Shown one piece after another: positions 50,432 to 61,886 of a stretch of DNA of 64,000 bases. The DNA lies in the NCBI GenBank assembly GCA_010093815.1, contig ML996565.1. One strand, 5' to 3'. The notes under the pieces are model-generated. The model ran no database searches. It saw only the letters and a list, made by a program, of their open reading frames with translations, and was not told the origin of the DNA. Position 1 is the stretch's first letter, and each line of letters starts with the position of its first letter. A program made the position numbers and the translations under genes. The DNA is from Pseudovirgaria hyperparasitica. Lineage: Eukaryota.

Positions 50432-51528
50432 TCACTTCACCTTTACGCCGTCCAGCTTCCTCTCGACGACTTTTACCAAGTCCATCTGCACCAGCTCATT
50501 CGGATCGCGCATGACGCTCAACGCGCGCGCGTCCGCGACGCCCTGCCTCCTCAGACCCTCCCTTACCTTGCTATACTCTTCTTCCCTAGCGCAGTACTCG
50601 CGTATGACGACGCCGGTTTCAAACTCGATATACACTCTGGTGTCGCGAATGCGGAACAGGACGTCGTCTAAGCGCATGAAAAAGCGTGCTAGGATGAGCA
50701 GTCGCTGGGGCATGACGCGGAGTTTGACGGTGTAGAAGGAGATGCCGTTGTCGGCGAGCTCGTCTTCGTAGAGGGGTACTTCGTCGAAGAGGAGGATGGG
50801 GTCTCGGCGGGCGAGCAGATGGAGTGGGAGAGGGGTATCTGTTGTGGAGAATGTTGGTGGTGGTGAGGGACGAGTGGTCGGGGACGCAGGGGATGGCGAG
50901 GATCCGGCGTAGTCGGTGGTGTACGACCAGTCGAAAGGCTTGATGACTTCCTTGATATCCGAGGAATGGTGTTGCCTGTGACGTACACACAAATTAACAA
51001 GATGGACGCAAGGCAAAGTGGTGTGTCAGCGCAGCCCAATACACGATACTCAGCCCTCCGCATTGAAGCTCCAAACGGCAGTCCCATCCTGGAGGAGCCC
51101 GACGGAGCGTCATCGTACATTAACGCACTGCCAGTGGCGCGTGGGCGTGTAGAGCGAATTAGCACTCACCGATTCTCCTGCCACTCACGAGAATAGGCAA
51201 CTTTCAGCATCGACTTGTCGGTTTTGTCCACTCTGTCCAGCGCGTCGCCGGCGTTAAACTCGATGGCCCAGCCGCTGACCGGATGCTCCACGCGCACGTA
51301 GTTGTCGCCAAAGATCATCTCAGGGATTGCAATGCCCAGGCGTTCGGCCAGCTTCTCGATCGGGTCTGCCTTGAGGATGGGCAGCTTGCGCGTGGATATC
51401 GTGAAGCCATGCTGCGATATGGACTTTACGGCGGGGGACTGTGGGGTGGGCAACTGGGTGTCTGGCGGCGGGAGAGAGACGGAGGGGCTCGGGGACAAGG
51501 CCGAAGCGGTATCGGCGGTGGTCGTCAT
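50432..51528 (-). CDS. TIP41: TIP41-like PP2A/TOR regulator
   Basis: LGIAIPEMIFGDN, EFNAGDAL, KPFDWSYTTDY, LYEDELADNGIS, KLRVMP, RFFMRLDDVLFRIRDTRVY; intron 50976-51169. Confidence 0.93.
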
Positions 51529-52042
51529 TATTGGGCGATCCTCTCTACAGCCAGATCGACAGTGCCGTGAGCTTTACAGGCGTTGTGTGGTGCAAAGAAA
51601 GAGAAAAAGAATGATGGTGAAGGAGGAGACTCATATCATGGTTTTTAGCGGCTCAGGGCCACAATCTTAGGCTGAATTCAGGCATCGATCATAGTTCAAT
51701 CCAGCGGGGGGTGCAGGTGGTGCGTGCGCCTGCCGGGTTGTTGGTTGTTGTTGCCCTGCGCTACGTGCGACGTCGCTGGCCCAGTCAACAATACTAAACC
51801 TGCATGCTCGCTCATTCACTCACTCCAGCTCCCCCTCCCTCTCTCCCTCTGACGCACTCATTCACAGAGCCTGGAAAGGACCCGAGTTGCAACCTTTGCT
51901 CCTTCTCAACAACTTTACTTTACGATAAACCACCCATCCCCTCAGACACGTTCTGCGACAGCACTGCTTGTCGCCCTAATTTGTCCTTTCTACCTACATT
52001 ACTCCATCTCTTGTTTCTTTGCGCCATATAGCTTTATATCAA

Positions 52043-52858
52043 ATGGCGGATACAAGATCCCTGGAAGATCGTTTTGAACGAATCACTGTTACTGACGAGA
52101 ATGATGGCGGCTATATTACTCAGACGACCACGTACCACCATAAGTCGAAGGTAGACTCGCAATAGTGTAGCATTGTATAAGTCACTGCTAACAAGTCCAG
52201 GGCTCTCTCTCACACGCAATGAACCTCACTGGATTGGGCCAACCAACGAACCCGAACCGTATGAAGTTACCTCTACAACGCCCGCCCACCCAGAGTCAAC
52301 CCAAATCTGTCACGACAACAATTACGAAAGTCACCACCGTACCGACGCATCCACCGAGCAATCCATACCATGACTCGTTCGCCAGCTCAGGTGTCTCGCT
52401 GTCATCACGCTCCTCGGATGAGATGACCGTTGCACAAGTCGCCAGACAATCCATGTACAACCCCTTCCCTCCAAACAAGAAATGGCACCTCAGCATGTTC
52501 GAGATTGGCAAGCCACTCGGCAAAGGCAAATTCGGAAGAGTCTATCTCGCGAAGGAAAAGGCTACGGGCTTCGTCTGTGCTCTTAAGGTCCTGCACAAAT
52601 CAGAAATTTCGCAAGGCAAAGTCGAAAAGCAAGTGCGCCGCGAAGTCGAGATTCAATCTAATCTCTGCCACCCCAATGTTCTCAAGATGTTTGGCCACTT
52701 TCACGACTCCAAGCGCATATTTCTCATAATCGAATTCGCCGCCAGAGGCGAGCTCTATAAGCACCTCCGCGCCGAGCAGCGCTTCGCTGAACCCAAGGCC
52801 GCAAATTACATCGCACAGATGGCTTCCGCACTCAAATATTTGCACCACAAACACATCA

Positions 52859-52893
<35 letters not shown>

Positions 52894-53337
52894 GGTATCC
52901 ATGGCGAGATCAAGATTTCAGACTTCGGGTGGTCCGTCCACGCGCCCAACAACCGCCGCAATACCATGTGTGGCACACTCGACTATCTGCCTCCAGAGAT
53001 GATCAAGGGCACCGACGGCTACTCCGAGAAAGTCGATCTCTGGTCGCTAGGTGTACTTACCTACGAATTCCTTGTCGGCGAAGCGCCCTTTGAAGACGCG
53101 CCTATGATGACGCACAAACGCATCCAGCGCTGCGACATGACAATTCCGTCCTTCATATCCTCAGATGCGCGGGATCTGATCAGAAAACTGCTACAGGTAG
53201 ATCCTGAGAAGCGGATTACCTTGGATGAGATAGAACGGCATCCGTGGATCGTGAAGCATGTAACCACCAGCGCGAGAGCGTATGATCGTGGGAGCAACAG
53301 CAGTCGTGGCAGTGCGAGTAGTGGGAGTGAGTCGTGA
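52043..53337 (+). CDS. IPL1: Aurora kinase
   Basis: Exon 1 52043-52150, intron 52151-52200; [67 protein letters not shown]. Confidence 0.95.
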
Positions 53338-53403
53338 CGGATAGTGAGGAGTCAACCACGACAGACCGTTGGGACATCTGCTAGGAGCGCGCCCGCGTCG
53401 GCC

Positions 53404-53508
53404 AGAAGCCCGCAGCAGGTTGTCAGGAGTCCACATCAGCTTGTCAGGAGCCCGCAGCAGGTTGTCAGAAGCCCTCAACAAGTTATCAGAAGCCCGCAGC
53501 AGCCTATC
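53404..53508 (+). repeat. 21-bp tandem repeat x5 encoding RSPQQVV-like heptads, in frame with and 3' of the Aurora stop
   Basis: aga agc ccg cag cag gtt gtc / agg agt cca cat cag ctt gtc / agg agc ccg cag cag gtt gtc / aga agc cct caa caa gtt atc / aga agc ccg cag cag cct atc. Confidence 0.9.
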
Positions 53509-54003
53509 AGAAAGCCGCATAGTGCCACAAGTCCGCGTACAGTGGTGCAGCAGGTTGTGACAAGCTACAAATACGGTGTCTAATCAACAAAACGCACCGA
53601 GCATATTGTTCCTAGTACTTTCGCTTCTAGCGGTCTGGTGGTGGTATGATCTGGTGTGATTTGAACGTAGTAACGATGCCGTCTGTTGGCACATGGGTGT
53701 TTTATTTCTTCTTTGGCTTTCGGTATATATCATGGTATATGAGTTGTTTTTCTGGGTCTGGGCGAGGCGTTTACCGGGCATTGCTTAAAACACTTTCATG
53801 GACTTTCAAAACGATTGTTGTGATGGAGCTATCGTAGCATACGCGGTGCACATTTGGTTGGCATCAGAAACGGGAATACATCTTATTGGCATCATCATTT
53901 GAGGTGTATTCTTGTGTGATATGTTGCCTCTATCGTCCCTGACGACTCGTCTCTTTGCGCGGTGGCGAAACGTTCACACTATAGGCAACTGTCTGAGGAT
54001 ATC

Positions 54004-55726
54004 TTAGATGTATCTGGACGTCTTTATACAATCGCGTATTGATACACTCAACTTTGTGTAGTGCATGGGCTCATCTGTTTGGACACGCCAGTGCAGGAAG
54101 ATTGGACGCGGTCCGTCTGTGAATTCGGTATTCCAGGCTGCAGATCCCGATCCTTGCCGCCATTCGAATTGCTCCTTGAAGAAGACAAAACATCCAATCG
54201 TAAACGAGCCCCAGCTATCCGAATAGATCTCAAAGGGATGTTGTGAAAGCACACGTTGTGGCTCACGACAGCTAGGGTGCTGCGATCATAAATCAACTTG
54301 TGGGGTTCCCTTGTGCCTGTCATGATGGACTGAACATTAACTGTGGGACGCTTACCAGAAAACATATTACTTTATCAATGACATCTGGATTAGATGGCCA
54401 CAGGAAGAAACACCACTTGAACCGGGTTTCACCGGGGCGGTCTTCGTACGAATTCCCGTAGGTAATGGTTAGGTCCTCCATTTCTTTGACTTGTCCAAAT
54501 TTCGACCAGATGTGGATTGGGGCGCAACAAGTCTGGCACAGTTTTGTAGGTCCTACTATCTCGTCTAGTAGTTGCAGGTTGGCGTTCAAGTGCTTGATAC
54601 CTGGTCGAGATGGTGGCTGATGACGCAGCATCATCCGCACATCAGTCATCAAGAACGTGTCTCGTAGAGAGTTCAGAGCTATGACGTTGAACCAGTTCAC
54701 GATATGATCTAGATTGGCATGGAATGATCGGTCTCTGGCTGGCCTGAGAGCTTCCAACTCTTTCAAAGAATAGCCGTTACAGATACCGACAATCTCCAAG
54801 ATGATGCATCCAAAGGAGAACATTTCCGCCGACCTACCAGCACCCTCGTACGCCGCAACTTCCGGGGCAAAGTATTTCGGAGTGCCACGTTCGCCACCTT
54901 CCGTAACACTTTCGGCATCTGTCGAGAAGTCCGACGAGGTGCCAAAATCGGTCAGCCAAAGCCTGCCGTCCTGGCCGAGTAGGATATTTGCTGGTTTCAA
55001 GTCCTTGTGCTTGATTTTATTATCGTGCAAGTACGCAATTGCGGAAGCTGTGCAGCCAATAGTGTTGTATAGTCGAGTAGATATCGAGTCCTGGTTAGGC
55101 GTGTCTTCACATAGAAGATGAGATATTCGAAGTCTGGATAGGGCATACTGACTAGCGTCGTGTCCGTCACTGTCTTCATGGTACAGATGGTCAACATCTT
55201 CCATGAACGAGGCTAGGTCGCAGGTAGCGACCGGGTACAGTAAAAGTCCAACGATAGGCCCTTTCGTATAGGTTCCGACCAATTGGATGATGTGACGATG
55301 CCGCAATTTCTTCAAAATGTCAATTTCTTTTCTTTCCCTGTCACCCAGTTGTCTTCTGGTGAATTTGCGTTTCCAGGCGATTGCTTTGCCTTGAACTACA
55401 GTCTCATACACGCCGCCGTGGACGCCGTGCCCCAGAAGCCTTCCTTCGACCAACGGAACCTTCTCCTCCCGCGTAAATTCAACATGAGAGCTTCCTCGGT
55501 CGCACCAGTCCCAATCGTATGTAGTCGGTTGGAGGTCCGGCGGCGGTGAGCAGTTTGTATGGTACTTATGATACTCGAAATATTGATACACACCCGGTAT
55601 AGACACCCGAGGACTCGCATCACCATGCCCGTTCATAGCACTGACACTCTGACGCGCGATTACAGGACTTGAGATTCCAGTGGAGTCCTTCAGGTCATCG
55701 AGACCAGCATCCCAGCCCCAAGACAT
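54004..55726 (-). CDS. Ser/Thr protein kinase fused to a C-terminal YEATS-like domain, about 548 aa
   Basis: Kinase: LGHGVHGGV, IAWK, EIDILKKL, HKDLKPANIL, DFG, GTPKYFAPE. Intron 54280-54355 (GTAAGC..CAG) joins ITYGNS...KWCFFL...IDKVICFL to HPSCREPQRVLSQHPFEIYSDSWGSFTI. Confidence 0.8.
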
Positions 55727-56231
55727 GTTGTCCAGGCTTTGAGCAGGTCAAGACACGCTTGGTACAACACAAGAGGTACAAGTTCAATGATGGGAGCGTG
55801 AGCAGCCTCTCGAAGAAGAGTGAGAAGGCTGTCATCGCGTCTCGCTGCATTCTGCATTCAAGTCACAGCCTCGCTGCTCAGCGGCGGGCGCACGCAGGTG
55901 ATTCGCTGGCTGCAACGCCAATCCTCCATTTATGGGGCCACATGCTGTTAGGGAAGGTCGTACTTTGATGCATAGCATCCGGGACCATGACAATGGACTG
56001 TTGGGCGCAGTCTTGGGAAAGTAAGGACATGGAAGGAAACAAGGTGAATTGAAGCTACTATACACTACGGAGGAAGTAATAGATCTTAGCATAAGTGTGC
56101 ACGGCCGGTGTTTCCACGTACAGAAGGAACGTACCAGGCCCGTGCGCAAATTTCCATCCGACGTCAGTATCGCGAACGAACCCAGAAACCTCAATCACAA
56201 CCTCCATCCCATATCGAATCCGATCCACCAC

Positions 56232-56234
<3 letters not shown>

Positions 56235-56268
<34 letters not shown>
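56235..56268. repeat. (CT)17 microsatellite in the ATP23 5' leader
   Basis: Direct reading; ends 13 nt before the ATG at 56282. Confidence 0.95.
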
Positions 56269-56272
<4 letters not shown>

Positions 56273-56281
56273 AAATCCACA

Positions 56282-57097
56282 ATGTCCACAACCACCACAG
56301 ACACACCCGCCCCCCAACAACCCGCCTCACCCCCTCCCTCCACCCCAACAGACGCCTCCCAACTAAACACCTACTACACCTGGAGCACCTTCTTCAACAT
56401 CCTCCTCTCCCGCTCCACGCCCACGGAAACAGCCTCCTACTTCGCCGCGCGCGACCTCGCCAACGAAGCCAGCGACTGCGCCCGCTGCACCCAAACCGTC
56501 ACCTCGCTCTTCAAAACCTCGCCCATCGTGCGCTTCCTCCGCGACGAAACGCGCGCCCTCAGTGGCGGCCGCCACAGCGAAATTGGCCCCGCGCAGATCC
56601 ACTGTCGCCGCTGTACCACGCGGCAGAGCGGCGGGTTCGACATGGACTATGGGATTCTGCTGTGTGCGAATCATCTGCAGAGTAGGGCGCAGACGGAGGA
56701 TACGCTGGCGCATGAGCTGGTACATGCGTATGATCATTTGCGGTTTGATGTGCAGAGGACGGACTTGAGGCATCAGGCTTGTACGGAGGTGGGTTTTGTG
56801 CTTGCTGTCTAGCCTATATACATATACCCACAATCCCCCGTCACCACCTACTAACATACAACTGTATAGATCCGCGCCTCCACACTCTCCGGCGAGTGCC
56901 GCTTCACACGCGAGTTCTTCGGTCGTCGGCAGTGGAAGGTCACGCAGCAGCTGCAGGAATGCGTGCGGCGGCGCGCCACGCTCTCGCTCATGCATAGGCC
57001 TGAATGTAAAGATGAGGCGCATGCCAGTCGGATAGTGAATGAGGTGTGGGAGAGCTGTTTCCGCGATACGAGGCCGTTTGATGAGATATATCGGTAG
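56282..57097 (+). CDS. ATP23: Mitochondrial inner membrane metalloprotease Atp23 (peptidase M76)
   Basis: [34 protein letters not shown] (HExxH), [35 protein letters not shown]; intron 56789-56869. Confidence 0.95.
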
Positions 57098-57497
57098 TAT
57101 GGAGGGGGGGACCGGGAGGGGAGATGAAAATTAGGAACAGGGGAAGGGGGAAGGGGGAAGGGATCCAGAGGAAATGAGATGTAGATGTGTGTATAGATGT
57201 GTGTAGAGATATGTATATATATACCCAAGCATAGACGAGTACTCCACGGACGGGCATCAAGCCTATGTAGCTGTATGTACAACAAATACTGTATAAAAAT
57301 ATTCCTCTCATCATGCTCACAAGTACACATAATCACACATAAACATATACTGCATGCATTCCTGGTGTCACATCACATCACATCACATCGCATCAAGAGA
57401 CGAGCACAGTCAAAAGACATTATATATATACAAAGATATACATGCAATCTAATCTAATATAATCTATACCTAACATATCATCCCTACGTGCTATCCA

Positions 57498-60400
57498 TTA
57501 CTGATTCTTCGCAGTCTTACCACTCCCATTCGCCCGTCGAACAGTATCCGTACCTTTTGACAGAGTGGAATTTCCATTTCCATTTCCATTCCTACTCCCA
57601 TCAACACCATCCTCCTTCCCACTCCCACTCTCATCCCCCTTCCCATCCCCACCGTCACCCTCAAACCCCACCCCCCTCACAAGAACCCCACTCCCACCCT
57701 CCAACCCCGCCACAAAAACCCCCAACGCACTAACAATACAAAACCGACTAATCGACGTGCCAATCTCCAACCAACTACCCTCGTCCCTCACCATCCAGAA
57801 GAACCTGACCGTCAGCCAGTCCGCCGCCGCCACAACGCCCATAAAAAGCGCACTGGGCGCAACACCAAGCCGCTTATTGAGAATACCGAGGTTTGCGGAA
57901 ATCAGGGCAAAGGGGATCAGGATTTTGTACATGAGCAGGGCGCCCTGGGAGAAGGGGTCGAAGATGGGGATGAGGCGGTAGACGGCGTCGAGGGAGAAGG
58001 AGGAGATGGATGCGATGTTGCCGGTGGAGAAGAAGGCGGATTGGAGGAGGTAGAGGAAGAAGAGGGAGGTGCGGAAGTCGGCGAGGGTGAGGGGGCGGTA
58101 GGGGGTGGTCTGGTTCGTTTTCGATGGTGATGGCGATGATGATTTTGATGATTGTTGGGGTTTGGTGGTTGCGGCGTGGGTGAGGAGGTGGATGTGGTGC
58201 TCCATGCGCACCCAGGTGAAGACGGTGAGGCTGAAGGCGAGATAGAAGAGGCCCTCGTAGGAGATTGTGAGGATGATGAAGGAAGGAGCGAAGGCGAGGA
58301 AGAGCACGGCGAGGCGGTGGATGTAGTGGCTGTTTGGACGGAGGCCGTGGAGGAAGGGCACGGCGAGGGATGCGACTATTCTTTCATGAGCGGAGTACTA
58401 TATATGAGAAAGGAAAGTAGAGCTTACGGAGCGTGATCCATCCAACGACCTGCGTCCCGAGCGGGAGACCTGTCTTCGCTTGTATCGATTCCGAACTAGA
58501 CTTTGTGACGAATATGGCGAGGACAATCAGTCCCACTTGCGCGCCCAGAATCGACCTGGCCAAGGAGTCGTCTTTTCCTTGCGCAGGCTGGCTCCTCGAC
58601 CTCGAATCGGCCAGTAAGTTCTTCTCGAAGATTACATAGAACGCGCCGACGATGAACATGAGATACCCTCCCAGCAATCTTTTCAACAATTAGCAGACTC
58701 TAAAATTCCTCTTTCGATCGCAGACTTACACTAGATTAAGATTTTCCACCTTGTTCGCAGGTAGTAAAGTGAATAGGCTCATGGAGCCACAGGCCAGAGC
58801 CCAGGTGGCAACAAGAACCTTGTTATCTGTCAAGAACCGCTTCCCATAGAACGCCGGCCATGCAATCGCTAGAAGATAGCAAACAGTATAGATCTCTCGA
58901 TGAAAGTAACTTTGAACCTAGTCAACATCAGAAAACAACACAGCATCCTAAGCACAGCCACACTCACCAATCCCTCCAACACTGCGATGAAAGCCAGCGT
59001 TTTGGCGGCAAAGGATATATAGTCCTGAGACGACGCGAGATGGCCAAGCAGAACTTCCTTTCCTTTGATCAATGCCCCACGTCGTGCAAACACCTCTTCC
59101 CAGAACCCGACTGGAAAGATGGCATAAAAGTAATATCTCCACGAAGATCGCTGAAATAGTAATAGCGAATAAATAGCGACAAGTGCCGAGGAGAAAGCAA
59201 TGGTGCTGGGCATGGTACGATTTGTTGCCGTCTTTCCACCCAGCACATGGAGGTCGATCATGGTAGTGATGGCGAAAGCGATCCAGCCGAAATATCCCAA
59301 GGTAATCAACACGCGCAGGAAGAGCCAGTCGTACGTCTGGAGATACCGCATCCCAGCCAAACCGGCGGCTATCATATCACGGCTCTGCTGTATCGCAGAA
59401 GCAAAGTCGTCAGAGTCAATCGCATTCCGGATAGACGCTATGCGATGATCGACCGAATGCTCCTCGTCTCCAAGGCCGGGATAGGGCTTGTATCGCAAGA
59501 GCTGCGCGCTCTTCTGCTCTTCCTTGACGCGGTACATCTCCATCACTCCCTGTGCGTTCACAAGCATGGCTTCTGCTTTCGATCTCTCGTCTGCATCGAT
59601 GTACTCCAGAGGAAGCTCACCAACCGAATTGACGGGGAAGTCAATGCCACCCAGATATGCCATCAAGGCCGCGATATCAGCCTGCGCGACATCGTGTCGC
59701 TGGACTTGATCAAGACCCCAGTCTGACGAGAACCCGTCCTCATGCCCCAGTGCAACGCCCTCTGCTTTCAACGGTTTCGCGACTCCTGAGCCCCAGACAA
59801 TCAGAGGCGTCCTAGTATTGTCCGGATGCCCGTCTCCATGGCTACCCCAGTCACTCATGCCATGATCTGCCGTGAAGACAAAAGCCGTCTTCCCATCGCC
59901 ATAAAAGTCATCAATCAGCTCAGTAATCTCTTTCACACCCTGATCCACAACCTTGATATTATTCAGATACTCCTTCGAATACGGTCTGTACGCATGGCCA
60001 TTCGTATCCAGGCCCAGCAAATGCAAAAAGAAGACATTCTTCTCCTGCCTAAGCTCCGCATCCAGCGTCGCATTCGTCTTCGCGTTCGCAAACATCTCCT
60101 TCACCTTGTCAAAGACCCAAACATCCAGCTCCAGCGCATCGGCCGTAAAGTCCTCCGCCTCATGTCCGTACGTGTCCCCGTCAACCCTTCCCGGCACCGC
60201 GCCTTGCACAAACATGGGCAGAATGTCCGGACTCCCCCAACTCCACGTATGGCGGCTGCGGTTGAACACGCTGTCAAAGTTGACTGGGTTCAGCTTCCAC
60301 CCCGTCGTCACCGCGGACACGTCTTCGTACAGGCCCGCGATGAGCGCAACATGGCCCGGGCGCGACTCTGTCGGAACTCTCGTATGTGACACGCCAAACG

Positions 60401-60785
60401 TGCCATGTTCAAGTACACGAGAACGTAGATACGGTGCAAGCGGACGTGGCACCAGCGCGTCTGGGGAGGAAGGGTCAGAGGACGAAGGGTCCGGGAACGA
60501 TTGAAAGGCCTTGTCAGCGCGAAGTCCGTCACCTATAGCACACGCACACAGTCAGTCATTGCACAATCAACACCCAGAAGTACGTTCAGTTGAGTAGTAC
60601 CTACCAACAAAAAGCACCACTCTCTTCGCCGGAGCAGTCTTGCCCAGTTCCTTCCAATCCACACCATACGCCTTCATGCCCGTGACAATTGGACTGACAA
60701 AATATATATCAAAGATGGAATATATGTAGATCAAGTGGAATACCACCGCGATAGCGAGGAACGCACCACGAGTGATGCGCGCCAT
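57498..60785 (-). CDS. MCD4: GPI ethanolamine phosphate transferase 1 (PIG-N), multi-exon
   Basis: SIFDIYFVSPI, LFVGDGLRADK, SHTRVPTESRPGHVALIAG, FLHLLGLDTNGH, TADHGMSDWGSHGDG, YLQTYDW, AFFSTGNIASISSF, EGSWLEIGTSIS. Confidence 0.95.
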
Positions 60786-61886
60786 GCTTGCTACCGGGGG
60801 TCTGCGGAGGAGCTGTGAGATTCGCGCGGGAATACAAAAGGCAAACGAGCGGGTTGGACGTGTGAGAGAGTGAGAGACTGCGCTGGCGAAGTATGAGCAT
60901 GAAAGACGACACGAAAGACAGGAGAAAGATCATGGGATGTGCAAGACATCTGTGATGCAATATTATTTGGATGCCAAGCCCTACAATGATGGAGTGCGGC
61001 GGACGGGACGCGCAGGAGCCCAGCGCGCCCCACGTTTTCGGGTCGCCCCTGACTTGGACTGCTGCGCGTACTTCCAACATGAGCCAAGTGCTTTTGGGCG
61101 AATAGGAGGCTTTCAAATACCCACACGAAAGTGTCGATCTCTCATATCGCCTACGACATGCACTTGATCAGTGTTCACGCATACTTGGAAAGTTTATCAA
61201 AAACAGTAGTCTCTTCAAAGTCTTCTAGCTATGTACCTTCACGAACTTTCACCGAGGTGAGGAGAGCACTACTCCAACATCTCCTGATATCCCACATACC
61301 CAGTGATAATGTGGTTCTCGCGTCATCCCCACGCGTGCGCACTTTCTTCACCAAACAGGAGAATAAAACAAGTCTAGTAATCAGCCACTGCTCCGAAGAG
61401 CACGGTAGAAAAGGTATCTTGCGAAACGAAGAGCAATAAAAAAAAGGTTTGACAGGTCAAGATTGAACACCCCGTCGGTCGATAGGGGAGGGTCGGTTGA
61501 AAAGGTATCGTGGTAAAGGACAGCCGGGCAAAGAGAAGGCATGCCCCTGAAATAGGAAATCAAGAAGGCGTCAGACGGACATGGTTGGTGTATATGCGAA
61601 AAATAAGCTCGAGGCTATGTGGTAGATTGTGGCACGTAGGCCAGATATCCAGGTAGATAATGGAATATGCTGTTAGACACCGCATAGTGTCGTCCGCTGG
61701 AGGTTGTTGTCAAAGAGCCAAGCCAGGTAAATGAAGAGAGTTTTAGATTTGAGAAGCAAATAGTGACCAGAATATCCAAAACAGCGCCACGAAAAGCGCT
61801 CCCGTCAGTCGCGTAGAATACATAACGTTCGTATCGTTGGAGAAGACCACGCCTCAGATACTGCACGTCGGATGCGAGTTGGTATC

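Noticed and set aside
53572..53583. Readthrough-generated peroxisomal PTS1 on Aurora
   Set aside because: The extension ends in YGV, which is not an SKL-type signal.
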